Positions 1-13,589 of a stretch of DNA of 64,000 bases are shown here, piece by piece (position 1 is the stretch's first letter; each line of letters opens with the position of its first letter). The notes beneath the pieces were generated by a model. The model saw only the letters and a program-made list of their open reading frames with translations, did no database searches and was not told where the DNA came from. Location: positions 151,468,001 through 151,532,000 of the forward strand of contig NC_058368.1 in assembly GCF_018350175.1 (NCBI RefSeq), given 5' to 3'. A program made the translations under genes and the position numbers. Source of the DNA: Felis catus. Lineage: Eukaryota.

Positions 1-1010
1 TGGGAGATATTGACAAGTAAGCAGATAAATGAATATGATGGTTTCAGGTAGTAATAAAAGTGCTAGTAAAAAATTTAAAAATGTAATATGGTAGAAGATG
101 TGTCAAAGAATTATGAGATATTGAGGCATCAGGGAAGCCCTTTATAAATAGGTACCATTTGAAGTGGGATCGGGATGGTGAGGAGGATCAGCTGTGGGAA
201 GATCAGTCGCAAGGGAATTCAGGTGGAGGTGACGGCATGTTCAAGGAATGCATTTGACCTGTTTGAGGAAAGTAAAGAAGTGTAGTGAGGCTGATGACCT
301 CACTAGTGAGTCTAGTCTAGGGAAGGAGTGGTTTTAGAGTAAAGGTGGAGAAGAAGGAATGGGTCAAATCATTATAACATCTTATAGGTCATGATAAGGA
401 TTCTGAGTTTATTTTATTTTAATTTAATTTGTTTTTATTTTTTAAAAAATTTTAATGTTTATTTTTGAGAGAGACAGACAGAGACAGAGTGTGAACAGGG
501 GTGGGGCGGAGAGACAGACACTGAATCCAAAGCAGGCTCCAGGCTCAGAGCTGTCAGCACAGAGCCCGACACAGGGCCCGACCCCACAAACTAGGAGATA
601 ATGACCTGAGCTGAAATTGTATGCTTAACCGACTGAGCCACCCCAGGCACCCCTTAGGTTTTGTTTTAAATTCAATGAGAAATCACTGAAGAACTTTAAA
701 TATGTGAGCATCATAATCTGCTTGGCACATTAAGAAGGAAACTTCAAGTATTATATGAAGAATGAATTTTAGAAAGAAGAAGATAGAGGCAGGGAGCCCT
801 AGTTGGCAGCTATTACAGTGGTCCATGGAAAAGAAATGGTGCTTTAAATAGGAGAGGTGGTAGAGGAAACAGAAGTGGAAGAATTGGAGATACTCTGTGG
901 AGGTACATTTAGCAGGACTTCCTGATGGTTGAGTACCAAGAGGAAAATAATGGATGAATTCATCAGTGACTCTTTGTGTCATGAGGATTCAAAATAGGAG
1001 GGAGGTATGA
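1..1010 (-). mobile_element. Old L2 LINE fragment, interrupted by a SINE
   Basis: Purine-rich degenerate sequence resembling the reverse complement of the L2 3' region; boundaries approximate. Confidence 0.6.
408..653 (-). mobile_element. Felid CanSINE
   Basis: T-rich tail, (GA)n tract, then 'gaatccaaagcaggctccaggctc...gagccaccccaggcacccc'. Confidence 0.97.
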
Positions 1011-2883
1011 ACCTTGGGGTGTGAAGGAAAAATTGGATTCTCAACCATACACTAGTTGACAGTATGAATCCTTAGAGATCTAGGGTAAGACATTTCACTG
1101 CTTCAATGCACCGAAGAGGAAGTATATATTTACCCTCAATATGGTTATGGAAGATAATAAGGGTCTTTGCTTTTGTCTAGAATTGTATCAACTCAGTGCT
1201 GTAAGATTTAACTCATATTTGTTAAAAACTTATTAAGTGTAATTTGTATCATAAAGTAGATCTTTCAAAACATAGATCCCTTGGTGGAGAATATTTAAAG
1301 GAGGAAATCCTTGGTGGCAAAAAATTTAGAACACTACCACTTAGATTTTGGAGATTTTTATCAATTAGCTAAGCCACCTCTTTTCTTTCCTTCTCATCTG
1401 ATTTAATTACCAGTTGTTTTTCTCCACTCTGTTAATTTTTGTCTAAAGTAGCAAGGAATTCCAGTGACTAAATTACTCGCGTGTGGGTTTGGGAAGTTAA
1501 AAAAATAGCTTTTATAAAATAATCTTTTATTATCCACATTCCAGTTTCCTATATTTTCAACAATTAAAGTTTCCTTCAAAAAATTTGACCTTTTAATGGA
1601 GAAGCAATATGATTTTATGGAATATAATTGAAATACATGTTTTCTTCCATCAAAATTAGTATACCAGCTTTGCTCACTGTATGTGAATTTATGTATGTGT
1701 GTATATTTTTATATATATTTCCAATGGGATGAAAATTAATAGGGGATTGAATAGAACAACACAGTGGTCTGAGGTGGTAATGAAGATTCTGACACTGAAT
1801 TCTAGTGCATTGGCAACTCTGTCATCAATTTACTATTTGATCCTATTCAAGTCACTGGGATTCTCTTCAATTTCACACTTGCAAAATGGTGCAGCAAAGA
1901 AGTCCTAATGAAATACGACAAATAATAGATCACACAGAAAAGAAAAGAAGAAAATGAACAACTTGAAATGCTAAATTAGGACTTTATATTAAAGATTAAG
2001 AAGTAGAATTGGTACAGAGGCTTGCATTTTCTTTTAACATATTTCTCAATCACTGTATTGATTTTTAATCATTTGTTTTACATTTGTTGGCTACTTACTA
2101 TGTACTAGGCAGTCATGGCATGAAAATTACTATTTTACTAAATTCTCTTTTTTATCTAAAGAATGTTAGTTTTGCTAAAGGAATTCTTTTTATTACTAAG
2201 ATGGAATGTTTTTATCCACATCCATTGACTTGTTATTTGGTCTTGTTGGTCATCTGCTGCTATGATATTCTCTTATGTACTATTTGAGTGATTCCAGAAA
2301 TTTATAGGTCTTGGTCAATAGTTTTGGAATTTCTCTCCAGCCAAAAAAGATAACTTTTATCATTCTAAAAATAGAAGCAAAGAAGTCATTATTAATATAT
2401 ATGTGATGCTAGAATACAGGTAGCCATTGTTGCCTTTGAAGTAGATTTCTTTCTGTACATGGAAAAGACTATTTTTCTAATGTTGGGCACTGTTCTTGTT
2501 GGAAATGTTGGATTTTCTTGTTTGTTTATTTGAGAATAAAGAGCACATGTTTGTGCAAACTATTCTTCAAATGCAGTGATCTTATGGTTGTATTTAGGGA
2601 TCTTATTTAGAAAGCCTCCAGCTTAATATTCAATTTTATTTGGATTATTGGCATTCCTTTTAACACATACTTCTGCCATGAAATATACTTCATTCAATGT
2701 GACATGGGAAATATAAACTATAAAGGCAAGTTGTTTTTCAAAGAACTTGTTCACGAGGAAGCACGGGCTTAGTAGATGATGGCCGTGGTCTAGTACTGAA
2801 TTCAGAGAGAAATCTGGATCCCATCAATTCAGGGCACAGTGTCCTGGAGAATAAAATGGCTACCTCACAGAAGGACTTTCATC

Positions 2884-3075
2884 TTTAATGTTTATTTAGT
2901 TTTGAGAGAGAAAGAGACAGAGCGTGAGTGGGGGAGGGGCAGGGAGAGAGGGAGACAAAGAATCTGAAGCAGGCTCCAGGCTCTGAGCTGTCAGCACAGA
3001 ACCTGACCCGAGCTCCAACTCATGAACCGTGAGACCATGGTCTGAGCCAATGTCAGACGCTTAACTGAGTGCCCC
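2884..3075 (-). mobile_element. Felid CanSINE with 5' (A-box region) deletion
   Basis: Typical body; the end reads 'cttaactgagtgcccc' instead of 'cttaaccgactgagccacccaggcgcccc'. Confidence 0.95.
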
Positions 3076-4070
3076 AAGATTTTCCTCTTGAGACTGACTC
3101 TTCTCTTAATGCAAAAACATACCCAACATCTTGCACTTATGTGGTGCTTTAGTTTTTATAAGCAATTTTTTTTATTCCACAAGCATGTACTGTGATCCTA
3201 CAATAATTGGTATATAAAGGGGAAAAAAAGACACAGTACCTGCATTAGAAGGATGTGCAATGTAAGGGGGGAGATATGTAAGGATAGCATATAATGACAC
3301 ATGATAAATTCTACCTAATAATTTTGTCTAGGAAATATGAAGAAGATGAGAAGGCTACTAATTTTATCCTATTTTTGCTGTCCTGTAATTTTTTGAGATA
3401 AGAAGAGGAGACATTGCTATCTGCATCTGATCATTGAGGAAACAGCCTCTCTGTTGGGTGAAGGTCCTTGCCTGGGGTCACATTGCTGCCTGTTGGCATA
3501 GCTGGCATCTCTGATTCCTCAGCTGGTGCTCCTTGCACTCTGCAGTAGGGACCCAAACCACAGTCTACTATCCTGGCTCAGAATTGCTCTGCTTCCATAA
3601 CTGATACTTAGTTAATGCAAAGATGATGTTAGTTAACAAAAGTTGGCCTGTTATAAGCTTTCTCTGATGTGAATTCAAATCACATTTTGTAGAGTACATT
3701 TCATTTGGTCTCTAAATAAGGCATCACTGGGTTTTTGCGTTTTTATTAAGAAGGGACTTTGGTTTTCTGTATAGGAATTTAATGGGATTTTATTCATATT
3801 TAAATAGTTCAATGATTATATTTGCTCTTATCATAAAGGAAAATTTGAGGCATGTGGCTTTTTGGCCAAAAAGAGAACAATAAAAAAAAAAACAACAACT
3901 CTGTTCAATCAAACCATAGTTGGATTCAGTACAGAAATAAGATAACTGGAAAGTCTAGTTTTTCTCCTTCTCTAGAGAAAACGCAGAAATATTTTCATCA
4001 TTTTCTAATGTTTATAATAGTTCTTGTTGCCTCAAAAAGTTGAAAATGTGTTTTCTCATTTAGTATTCTT

Positions 4071-4298
4071 TTTTTAAAAATTTTTTTAACGTTTATTTAT
4101 TTTTGAGACAGAGAGAGACAGAGCATGAATGGGGGGATGGTCAGAGAGAAAGGGAGACACAGAATCGGAAGCAGGCTGCAGGCTCCAGGCTCCAAGCTGT
4201 CAGCACAGAGCCCAACGCGGGGCTCAAACTCGTGAACCACGAGATCATGACCTGAGCCGAAGTTGGACACTTAACCGACTGAGCCACCCAGGCGCCCC
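4071..4298 (-). mobile_element. Felid CanSINE
   Basis: Full length; TSD tcatttagtattctt at 4056-4070 and 4300-4314. Confidence 0.98.
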
Positions 4299-7200
4299 AT
4301 CATTTAGTATTCTTAAAAGAACACTTTGGATTAGGTTCTACCCTTGAAAGACCAGACTGAGTGTGAATGAACATGAAGTACACGATGATAACTATTGTAA
4401 GGATCATGTTGGAAACCTCCTGGGTACTGGAGGCCCATAACAATCCACATTATGAAGAATATTTATTTCTAGGCTACTCTCTGACCAACTTTGAGAGTGA
4501 GAAAAGGAAGCTAATTGTTTTAGTCTTTTCTGTATTGATTATGTTGGAAGTCTAATGGAATCAGATAGACATATACATAAGGTGCTGAACCACTAGGATA
4601 ATGCAGTTGGAGTTGTTGCAAACACGGATATAATTAAGAATTTGTTAATGCTTGTATAATAAACCTCTATTATCAAGGACTTTTAACTAAGCATTAAAAA
4701 TTCACTTTCAGCTGCAACTTGCCATTCATGGTCTCAGCTAGAAAGCAATGTTCTTTTTACAAATTTTCTAAAAAAAAAAGTCTTCCTCTGTAAAGCTTTG
4801 TACTTATTTTTCTTTCATAAAAAGTTTCAAGTATGGGTCTTCTAAATGGAAATTTCTTGATATATAAGTAAAAGAGGAAGCACTTCATTTCTACATCTCA
4901 TGTCCTTTCTCTTCAGGTAGAACACTTCTTTTGAAAAGTATATTTGCATTATTTTTTTGATTAAAAGAGGAACTCATGCTTGTTTTAAGAGTTTAAATAG
5001 AAAGGACACAGGAAGAAAATATTAGAAACTTGCTCCTTTCTTAACCTCACCTGCCTAGTAACTACTATTGTTATATGTTCTCCTATATATTTCCTTGTGT
5101 TTATACCAACACCTACACCTTTTTTTTTTCCCCACCACATTTTAAAAAGTCAAATTTGGCTTATTTCCTATAAATCCTATCCCTGTAGTGAAGCCAGATA
5201 TTTTTTTGTGCCAAGACCAATAGAAGGGCCAAGCAGTTTTCATCCTTCTAACCTTTCCTTTGATAAATTACGTGTACATACATTATGAATTTAGAGTTGT
5301 TAAGTAATAAAACTAATAGCCTGATATCTTGAATTATTTGCCCTTAAATAACTTCTGTCAAATCTGTTCACACATCAGCTTCTTTATGTGTTGGCAGAAG
5401 AGTTCCTGAGGGCTGTGTGTGGTCTGTGATGGATACTCAGCAACCTTACCAGCAACAGACTGATTCTGAATGCTCCATTTTCATTCAGAGAAAAATAGCT
5501 GATCCTCACTACCCGTCCCTCACTTTAGTGGTTTCTACTAAACCCTGTGTCCCCAGAGTATCAGTTATCGAATGGTTTGATCACAAGATGAAAATCTTTT
5601 CTGGGTTCTCCTCTCTACTTTTTGTGTGAAGAAGGGGATATTGCAGTACCAAATTGAGCACAGCTAGAAAAAAGTCTGTTTGAAGAAGAAATACATTTGA
5701 TAAGTACATCATTTCAGAATTTTCAGTGTTTAATTTAGTGATGCTAGAGCAAGTGGTAAGAGAAATAATAATATTGATCTCAACAAATGTAATTGCTTTG
5801 ATGATCTTTATGATTCATTAATCTTTGATGGTTAATTTTTTCTGTTTTGCTGCAGGACAAATGTTTTCTTCTCATTCCTACACATCAACATTAAAATATG
5901 TGGAAATAGTTTCACATATTCATAATTCTTACAAGGAAAGAGATGCAATAATATATCAAAATTCTCAAGCTTAGGAAAAACATATAAGAAATTAGTATGT
6001 TGGGTACCATATTAAAGTCTCAGTGGATCACTTCCTTCCTTTCCTTTTGGATTCTAGTTAATCTAGAATAGGTAGAAAAATCCGGAAGAGGAAATTGTTT
6101 GGAGACAGTCTGGCTGAAATGGCTACCAAATGATCATCAAGTTTTACTGAAATCGTTTATTTAGTTAGGACAATGCCAGTATCTTCCTGACCACCCTATT
6201 CCTCATTTGCCTTTTCCTGATATTCATGTGTGTACTGAGTAGATGAGAACCTCTATTTTCACCCTTCTTGGATCTTCTGTGAAATTTTCACCTTTACTAA
6301 AAAGCCAGGCTTTGGAGCCTAAACAAGTTGGCTGGGGTTTGGATATATTTGGAGTTAGCACTAATAATTTACATCAGTAAATGACTGGTAAGTATCTGTT
6401 TCTGTGACCTATATTGAACTTTGATGGCCTGAAAGAGTAAAAGCTTTTTTCAACATACTCAAAGTGCAACTGAGATGAATACCAAACAGAACTTTTCAAG
6501 ATGCAGTGTTTTGGGGAATTACTAGGATGGGGCTGTCTTTATTCTTACAGTGTTGATGAACATACATTTTACTGAGGTGCCTTACCTACGTGCTGCATAT
6601 CAACTAAAATCTGTAGTCATTGGTTAGATGCTCTATTAAAAGACTTAATTTAATATAGAGGCTTAATTTAATAATAGAGGATTAATTTAAGTATATTTGA
6701 ATGTTTATAATATTGGTGGTTGAGCTACAGAAACTTGAGAGTCTGAGCAGTTCATAGGTTTAAATAATACTTCCTTGTGATCAATTGTTAGTTTAATATA
6801 GATACAACTGATGAAGATGGTATGATAATGGGCATCAGAATAAATAATTCTACCCAGAATTACCAGGCCCTCTTTCTTTGAGATATATATTGTTCTATAG
6901 AGACACCTTTTAAATCCTTCAACATATGCAAATTTGAGTATAGACTAACCTTCTATTGACAAGTTTTAACAATAAATTAAATATAATGAAATTATATGCA
7001 TCTTTCTTACTTTGTAGATGAGAACATATTGAAAGAGTGTTATCAAGACAGTGCTTTTCACATACATTCATTAGTAATTCAAAGATTTAGTAGCTGATGG
7101 TGATGTTAGTGTAATTAGCAGGAAAAAAATGGAAGAAATGCATGTTGCTATAGCAATATGTTCATCATGAATGATCTACAGCATAAACACCCAGATTAAT

Positions 7201-9947
7201 TTACAAGATGCCAGGTAGAAAGCTGCATGGCTGACTAGGCTACTCTCAGATGCCACAGTATTTGTTTTTATTAAGTATAAACATTACAGTGGAGCTTTCA
7301 AGGTATGTGTGCTTGTCACTGTCAATCACACAGGGGTTGCATTCCCAAAGAGTTTTCAATTCACTTTAAATTTTTAACAGATGAAAAGAAACATTTTTTT
7401 TTCAGAGAATTAAAAAAGTATATACCAGCAGAGATGACATTTTGACACTGAAACTAGCTTAGCAATCTCCTTGTTCATGGGCAGATTGTGTTTCTGTTTT
7501 ATCTGCACACTTGCTTTTTAATACCAGAGGTTTGGGGGTTTTAATGTGCAAGCAATTTTAAAAATACCAAAATTGGAAGCCTTGGTGTCAGGAAACCTCT
7601 TAAGAAAGCACTTGTGGATATCACCATAAGCTGGGTGACATTTTAGCCCACCATAGTTTAGGTTATTACTAGAAACTCAAGGCAAAAAAGGCATCCTTAC
7701 CTCATTGGGCAAGGAAATGTGATATGTGAGTATATATATAGGTGTGTGTTTATGAGCAAGTCTGAAAGATGTAGTTGCCAACTGCATGCTTGTTGTTGAT
7801 GGTATTTTGAGACCTGGAGCCAGACACATGGGATTGTACCAGGGACTCATTTCTCAGCTTGGCCAGCAGAGTGGTTCTGCAGCCTTGGCACAAACATAAA
7901 GTTTGCTCTTGATCTGGCTTTCTCATTCTTCATTACCTGAATAGGCCAACTTCAGAGTTGGGCAAAAGTTAGAAGGTGCTAGAATGGGGTGGATTGGTTA
8001 AGAGAAAGGCTCAGGGAGAGTGAAGCTACTAGAGGTAGTGAGGCTTGGATGATCTTATCTGTATCCTCTTACCATTGACACTTGAAGCTCACAGAATAAT
8101 TAGAGGCTATATATGACCTGTGTGGATGGTGTCAATTGACAGGATTTTTACCCATTTATTCAGCATGAAAAGTAACAGGAAAAGCTGTGATGTGGTGGCC
8201 ATTGTATTTTACTCAAAATATTGTATGGGAAGACTTAAACATTGGAGATGGCTTGTTCTAGTGGGACAAGGATTGTGTGGTATCCACTTGGCACCAAAGT
8301 TAAGTAATCATAGGCTTCTAGACCACCTGATCTAAGTAAGACAAAGTCATTGTCCTTGAGCCAGCATACTACTAACTTGTAGGATCTCTAGTACAGAATT
8401 CTTGATAGAGTGCCAGTGTATTGAGGACAGGACCTTCAGGGACATCAGGAAGAGTAGGAGAGTTGTGGTTGTGTTTTTTTCCTCCAGTCTAGAGAAGGAT
8501 TAGATTTCTGGGACTAACTCCCAACATCTGGTTAAACCATGTATGTTATGAGATTTGGTCAACGGAATTGTTAGACTTTAAGCCAGGCCTGGTTTTCACC
8601 AATACTATCCCTTTGGGATTTAGCCTGGAGGCTAGAGGTTGCCAAACCCAAGTTTGGACCCTGCATTACTTAGGCTAGATAGAGAGACTCTGTGTGGAGG
8701 AAGTGAATAATCAACATTGTGCCCTTTGGGGTTCCAACAAGGAAAACAATAAACTTGCATCAGTCATGGTTCCTATAAAGGATGGGTTGCTTCAGGCAAA
8801 TAAAGGCTGTTGTAGGCAGTCAGCCTTTAAAGAGAAGTAACTTTCTTTTCTTGCCCCACCCTGTTTGGGAGTCAAATGCTGGCCACCAGTGAAGTTGGTG
8901 CTAATATAATCAGGATGTTTTGCTTTAACTTCTGGTGTGGCTTTTTGTCTGGATTGAGGAGGAAGAAAGGATTTTTTTTTTTTTAATGCTACATTCCCAA
9001 GTTGTTTATATGGGTTTATGTGTCTTTTATTTTTCCCAATACAAATTTTGCATGGGTAAAACTGGTTAGGTATTTAGACTTTTTATAATATTACTTATGG
9101 CATACAGTACAATTCTGTTTTGCTTGGCTCAGCACAATTTTCTTCAAAACAAACAAACAATAAGAATAGGGGAGAAGTGGTACCAGGATTTTTCTGCAAT
9201 TTGTGCTTTTTAAAAAAATTGCTACCCACCCTTGGTATTTAGATTCCATTTACTCTGTTTTACTCTTTCTTTTTTCTATATGATTTATTTACTGTTAACG
9301 TTTATTGTCTGTACTTCCTCAAAAGTGTGTATGCCCCCTTGACTTTTTCTAAGTGCTAAGAATTATATATAACATATAGCTCTCAATAAATACTCCCAAT
9401 AAATAAATACATGTAAATGAAGATTCTATTTGGATATTTTGTTTGGTGGGACATTTCCCTGGGCTAAAGTCTGAATTTTTTTTTTTTCTTATTTGGCTTC
9501 CTTCAGCTAGAAGGTATGGAAAAGGAAATATTATTTTATACATTTTTAATTCTTTAAGGAAGTTTTACTTCAATAAGCCTTATATTTTGAATAATATCCC
9601 ACTTCTGTCTTATTTGAAAATTAATAGACAGCCAACATGGAATATGTATAATTACCTAGCGTTATTATGTATTTGAAATTGTTATGGATTATAATATTCA
9701 GAGGCTTTCTGGTTTTTTTCTAGTACACACTAACTGTAGGAATCACAGAATATTAATGGGAGACCTGCATATTTGTGTGTATCAGTGAGAATATATTATC
9801 TTCCCTTAAATGTTATCAACTAAAAACAATTATTTAATAGTCATCCATAGTTTGTTTCTTTTTGAAAATTATAAAATGGAAATGTTACCAAAGAGAAATA
9901 ACATCTAAGTTCAAACCATAATAGAGGTTATAACCAGAAATCACAGG

Positions 9948-10132
9948 GGGAGGGGGATGGGTTAATAAGGTGATGGGGATTAAGGCGTGCACTTGTCAGT
10001 GATGAGCACAGGGTGATGCATGGAAGTGTTGAAGTAGTATATTATATATCTCAAACCATTGTAACACTTTAACTGAAATTAAAATAAAAGCTTAAAAATA
10101 AGCAAAAATAATGGGGCAAAATAAAAAAAAAT
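9948..10132 (+). mobile_element. 5'-truncated carnivore L1 (3' UTR end plus A tail)
   Basis: 'ggtgatggggattaagg...gtgatgagcacagggtg' L1 3' end, A-rich tail, TSD aaatcacagg at 9938-9947 and 10133-10142. Confidence 0.88.
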
Positions 10133-10716
10133 AAATCACAGGATTGGTTTTCAAATTTAAAGACCTTAAGTATTTTGTTTTATTTGATACACAGGGGTAT
10201 GGGTTCTGCATAAATATATTTAGAAAATGATTAATCATGTCATGCATTTAAAAAATATATATATAATTATTATAATGCTTTATGATTAGTGTGCATATGT
10301 GACTAAAAATTGTGTTAGTGCCATGTAGTGTCCTTATATATATGTACTGTATATTCTTAGAGAAGATGAAGCCTAAAAAAAGTCAAATCTTTTTCAGGTA
10401 TTGAAACAGGCACTTACACACCTGTTAATCTTCAAGGAGGTTTAAAAAAACGAACTCATCCACTTGTTTAGTCAAAAATGGGGTATGTATGAAGCTCATG
10501 TGTTTCTAAAACCCCAAGCTCTTTCCCTTAGACTGTTGCTTGTCACTTACACTAGGGATTTTTATAATGGAGTAAAAAAAAAATGCTTTCTATACTACAG
10601 GAGTCATACATAACTGAATCTGTGGAATAATAGGGATATGCATGATTAGATTTTATTGTATCTGTTCCTAAGATGTCATAACAATGTAGTGAAGTACAGT
10701 CTTCTGGTATGGTCTC

Positions 10717-10852
10717 GACACAGAATCTGAAGCAGGCTCCAGGCTCTTGAGCTGTCATCACAGAGGCTGCTATAGGGCTCGAACCCACGAACGTGAGATC
10801 ATGACCTGAACCTGAGTTGGACGTTTAACCGACTGAACCACCCAGGTGCCCC
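10717..10852 (-). mobile_element. Felid CanSINE lacking CT tract and poly-A tail
   Basis: Starts abruptly at 'gacacagaatctgaagcagg' and ends 'cccaggtgcccc'. Confidence 0.95.
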
Positions 10853-10885
10853 ATGAAATGAATCACTTTTTAAAACTACATTCCA

Positions 10886-11086
10886 GGGGTGCCTGTGTAG
10901 CTCAGTCGGTTGAGTGTCTGACTCTTGGTTTCAGCTCAGGTCATGATCTCGTGGTTTGTGAGATCAAGCTCCATGTCAGGCTCTGCACTGATAGTGCAGA
11001 GCTTGCTTGGGATTCTCTCTCTCCCTCTTTCTCTGCCCATCCCCCACTTGCATTCTCTATAAATAAACAAACAAACTTTAAAAAAA
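10886..11086 (+). mobile_element. CanSINE (older variant)
   Basis: 'ggggtgcctgtgtagctcagtcggttgag' head, CT tract, A tail; degenerate TSD aaaac-tacattcca / aaaacctgcattcca. Confidence 0.96.
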
Positions 11087-11345
11087 CCTGCATTCCATTC
11101 TTTACACTATCCGAAATGTGTAGTTTTCATCAAATAACAGAGGAAATATTAAAAGTTTACTTGAACAAGACTTTTGCTACTTGATTTGGTTGAAAACTTA
11201 GTATTTTGAAAAGTTGACCTATGTTGCCAATTTCCAATGCAAGTTATTTAATTTTAAACCAAATGATAGTTTCTTTATCATAAGCAATGGTAAAATTAGT
11301 CTTAGTCTGAAAATTAAGCTAGAATCTTCTTAAGACTTTTGGAGA

Positions 11346-11557
11346 GAGGCGCCTGGGTGGTTCAGTTGGTTAAGTGTCCGACTTTGGCTCAGGTCAGGAT
11401 CTCACAGTTTGTGAGTTGGCGCCCCACGTTGGGCTTTGTGCTGACAGCTCAGAGCGGGGAGCCCACTTCAGTTTCTGTGTCTCCCTCTCTCTCTGCCCCT
11501 CCCTGCTCGCACTCTCTCTCAAAATAAATAAATAAACTTAAAACAAAACAACAAAAA
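11346..11557 (+). mobile_element. Felid CanSINE
   Basis: Full length; TSD aaga(c/a)ttttggaga. Confidence 0.97.
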
Positions 11558-11669
11558 AAGAATTTTGGAGAAAAGGGCTTAGCTGTTGTTTCTGTTAATT
11601 ATATGTGAAAATAAGAGAAAGCCTAAACCATGAAACAATGGCAGACACTGACACAGAGTCAACAAGGAG

Positions 11670-11948
11670 CTTCCTGTGACCATTTCATTGAAAACGCTCC
11701 CTGCTAACTCGATTCTTTGCTGTGTCACTCTATCTATAGGCCCAACCCTATCTTTTTCTTCATTATACCTGACACTGTCTGAATATACGTAATTATTTAT
11801 TTGCGTAGCTCTTTATTATCCATATCATGATTGTAAGCTCCATGAAGGCAGGGGGTTTGTCCTGTTCACTGCTGTATCCCAGGGCCTAGCACAGTACCTA
11901 ACAAAAATTAGGTACTCTAGAGATCTTTTTGAATAAACAAATCAATCA
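11670..11948 (+). mobile_element. L2 3' end
   Basis: 'attgtaagctccatgaaggcaggg...tgttcactgctgtatcccagggcctagcacagt'. Confidence 0.85.
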
Positions 11949-13095
11949 GTGTGTTCTTCCCCACAATTAGGCACCTTAAGTAGAGTAATAATTTATCTAG
12001 CTTTAAGACTTTTCCATTCTTTTAATTAGCCATATAAGATGTTTTTAAAATATTACTATTTTTATGTTATAAAACAAAGATGTTTACTACAGTGTTACTT
12101 TGTGTACTGGGCTTCAAGTATACTTGGGTTTGTTGTATAGTGTCAACCAGTAAATGAAGATCACAACCACTTTACAGGCCAGGCCCATTATGTTTGTTAG
12201 AATCTCTAATCTTTCCTCTTGTTGCATGTGCCATGTATTACTGACTGAATTTTATAGATGATAGTACTGATATCCAGAGATGTTATTAGTAACACATTTA
12301 ACATACTTAAGTCATATACTTATGTAAATGACAGAACTAGGATTTGATCCATCTGGCTGACCCCCCTATTGAATATCTAAACACCAGTTTACAAAGAACC
12401 AAATTAACAACTAGGTTGAGTCTTGTTAACCTGTGTATTTCATTAAATGATAGCTTATTGATAAGTTGGCATGGAACCATCTTTAAAAATTAACACAGTA
12501 GCTAATCTCTGTATTTTTACTTGTACTAAATAATAGCAAATTCACATGTATCAATTTTAAATAGGAATTTTAAACATATTTTGTGTTTTTGTAATGGCAA
12601 ATTCATTAGTTGATACCTTGTATAGGCATAATTCCAACAGACTTCTGCAAGTTAGTTATAAATCTATAAACAATGTAAAATACTGGAAAACTTGTTCACT
12701 GTATTAGAAACATACATTAGGGAATTGTTTAAAATAGAGATTCTTAATTAATTTATTCCTAAGTAGTTAGGAATAATAAGAGAAAATGTAGATGTTCAAA
12801 TCATGGAATTCTTTAGCAGATATTCCAAGACATCATATGCTCAAGAAAGACATAATTATAAATCTTAATACCTGTCTTTGCCTACCTCAAGTTGGAGACT
12901 GCCAGTTACTGTTACTATAGTTATTCTGCAGGAACAGGGGGGAAACAAAGCAGTTCATTCTTCAAGTCTGGAAATTGCTTGTAGAAATCAGTCTTGACCA
13001 CTTGCTAACATACTAATATGTATAAACAATGATTTTGCTCAGCAGGTTAGTGGCCACTGCATTTTGTCTCCCACATATATTCTCTTGATTCAACT

Positions 13096-13570
13096 GTGTA
13101 GCAGACATCTGTTTTCACTGGAACTGATCTGATTCCCAGCCCCATAGATGGGACTAGATGAGTGTAAATTAGGATAATTCTGTCCCTCTTGATACTGTGA
13201 TTGCTTCTGGAAACCTTGGCCTAACAGTTAGCAAATGACTTCTCACTGCCACAAGTACTGATTTAGGCAAAAGACCCAAGCCAGGCCAATGGTAACAAAG
13301 CTCGGCTTGTGGGAGATACTATCTCTGTCTCCTGTATGTCAACCAGAAAGTGTGTGGCCCAGGTAGGGGTGGCAGCTATCTCCTTGCCATCATGAGGGCC
13401 AGCCTAGTTAAAAAGCCCAACAGGTGGAAATCCCAAAGAAGCAAGTCTGCCCTGATGAAAGTTTTTGTAGCTTTTCGAACCTCACACACTTGACTTGCAT
13501 AAAGTGACTTATTACTTTGGCTGTTTTTAGCTGGGTATTCCAAAACTCAAAGCTAAAAGCCTCATAAGAC
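13096..13570. mobile_element. Old MaLR (MLT1-type) LTR
   Basis: Degenerate MLT1-like motifs 'gacccaagccaggccaat' and 'ggcagctatctccttgccatcatgaggg'; approximate. Confidence 0.5.
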
Positions 13571-13589
13571 ATTACTGAAATTATCTCTG

